Source: Eledone cirrhosa (taxonomy: Eukaryota). Taken from it: a DNA stretch of 64,000 bases. Made by a program: the position numbers and the translations under genes. The notes under the pieces are model-generated. The model did no database searches. It had not been told where the DNA came from and was given only the letters and a program-made list of their open reading frames with translations. The first letter of the stretch is position 1. Every line of letters starts with the position of its first letter. This document shows positions 62,153-64,000 of this stretch, one piece after another. The DNA lies in NCBI GenBank assembly GCA_964016885.1, contig CAXHJY010001274.1:1-64000 (forward strand), read 5' to 3'.

Positions 62153-64000
62153 ATTTCTTTATTAGCCACGAGGGCACAAAAGAAGGGGACAAATACAAAT
62201 GGGGAGTTTACATACAGGTATATGAAAATAAAACTATTAATAAAACAACAAATAACAATTGAAATCCCCAATAGGGGGAGGTGTTACACAGGAGTTGTAC
62301 ACACCGCGAAAAAAAATGTACAACCCTCATCTCCAGAAGCACCAAGAGTGAGTACTCCCTTCCTCTCTTCCTCTTTTTCCTCAACCTACAGGATTATATA
62401 GAGAGAAGACCCAACCGCTCGGGCCATCTTTTCCACATTCACCCACCTTTTATAAAACTTGCTGGGGTACAGCCCCTCTCTCTCTCCATCCTGGCTCTTC
62501 TTCTAAAGTGGTATTTGAAAAAAAAGAATCAGTTGTTCGCCGGAGAGAAAGGTGTCTGACCTCAGCCCTTTTAACATCGTCCACCATACAACCTCTTTCA
62601 CCATAGCCATAACACATAGAAAAACCGCCTCTCCTTCGTTTTTGAAAGCGGATGGCGGTTTGATCATGACAATGGACTCGGAGGTCAACTGGATTGGTCC
62701 CAAACGCGACATTAGTCGTTCTACATAGCCCCAAAGGTCGGTAACGTCGCGTACGCATCTCGGACAGATCTTTTTTGAAGTGTCTCTGCCCGGGCGCTCG
62801 TGTCTGTAGAGCTTGTCTCGAACTGGTAGAGCTCCGCGGTAGCACTGCCAGGCCAGGGACTTTTGGAAGTTGTCCATCGGTCCCGGGCGGAAGGTCCTAC
62901 CGAACAGACTGGCCAGTTCGCCCTCCACTACGCCTAGAGTTTCTCCGAGCGCGGCGTCGCACTTGCTGCTGACCAACCCTCTATAGAATGACGAAGTGGA
63001 GTCTCCACTGATCGCCGGGTCCGTTTGCCAGAGGACTGTGAGCGCCTGAGCACATTCGATGTGCCAGTCACCCAGTTTCTTCGGTCTTTGCTTGACTCAG
63101 TACTGCAGCTCGGTCAGCGAGACGAGTCGTGGGAAGGCTCGCCTCACGAACGGGGCCCACACCGGTTGTCCGGTGAGGAATACGTGGAGGTGCCGCAGCC
63201 TGAGCGCGTGTTTCCTCATCGTCAGCTACGGCATACCCAGCCCTCCGTTTGAAGGGTGTTGGCAGCAGATGGATCTTCTCACCAAAGGATCCCGTTTCTT
63301 CCAAAGGAATTGGAAGACCACGCGCTCCATTTTGGTGAGCGTTTTGGCTGGACAAGGCGCGACGGTCAAGCGGTAATAGATGACGGACGCTATAAAAGTG
63401 TTCGCCACCTCCGCTCGACCTTTCAAGGATAGTTTGCACTCGGCCCACTTCTGGGTGAGCGCAAACACCTTGGCCGTCACCTCGTTCCAGTTCTTCTCCA
63501 CCTGGAGGTCCGGACCAAACCAGACCCCGAGCAGCTTTACCGGTCCTTCCGTCCAGCGTCCGACAACGCCATCGGAAGGCATCGGTTTGCCTTTCCACGT
63601 TCCGAGTTGCAAACCGACGTATTTGTCCCGGTTCAGCTTCGCTCCTGTGAACCTTTCGTATTCCTCCAGTAAGGTGCCGACCTCCCCGATTTGCGAGGTG
63701 CTCGACACCATTACTGTCATGTCGTCGGCGTAGGCCGACGCCTCTTTTCGCAGTCCCGGTTCCAAAGGGATGCCCTGCAATAGCTCCAACTTCCGCAGTA
63801 GTGGCTTGAGAGTCATTACGTACAGAAGGGAGAAGAGAGGGCATCCCTGTCGGGTGGATCGCGTGATATGGAACGGCTCCGAGAGGTAGTCGTTCACCTT
63901 GACCCTTGAGCAGATGTTGCTGCTGTGTATTCCAGCAATCCAGCCCCTGAACACGGGTCCGAAGCCTGCCGCCTCGAGCACCGCATCCAGGTAACGATAG
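62152..64000 (-). pseudogene. Related Tx1-clade LINE 3' portion, disrupted
   Basis: RQGCPL, YADD and GGLGMP* (premature stop at 63226); deletion in the CPRC..H motif; runs off the window. Confidence 0.9.

Overview
Eukaryotic, gene-poor, microsatellite-dense DNA; the repeat types suggest an octopod cephalopod (inference). I found no convincing host gene, and nearly all ORFs in the track are (TA)n/(CA)n artefacts. The first ~48 kb is a cluster of Penelope-like elements (PLEs) inserted into (TA)n arrays. It includes one apparently intact element (6761-14716; RT plus C-terminal GIY-YIG, with Hydra-clade-like DKT and CxC-x5-C-x5-C motifs) and many 5'-truncated inverted-pLTR/tail insertions from about nine families. 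About 20 hammerhead ribozyme motifs occur, including U3-A8, long stem II and inactivated variants. The right end holds a head-to-tail stack of Tx1/L1-clade LINEs separated by (GATA)n, one of them full length. CR1, mariner and tRNA-SINE remnants are also present. Main finding: a covarying bulged hairpin (RCTC-stem-loop-stem-1/2 nt bulge-GAGY) shared by about nine otherwise dissimilar PLE families. It lies 2-9 nt 3' of each terminus that could be mapped and occurs as a twin pair in the intact element, making it a candidate RT-positioning signal for internal initiation.
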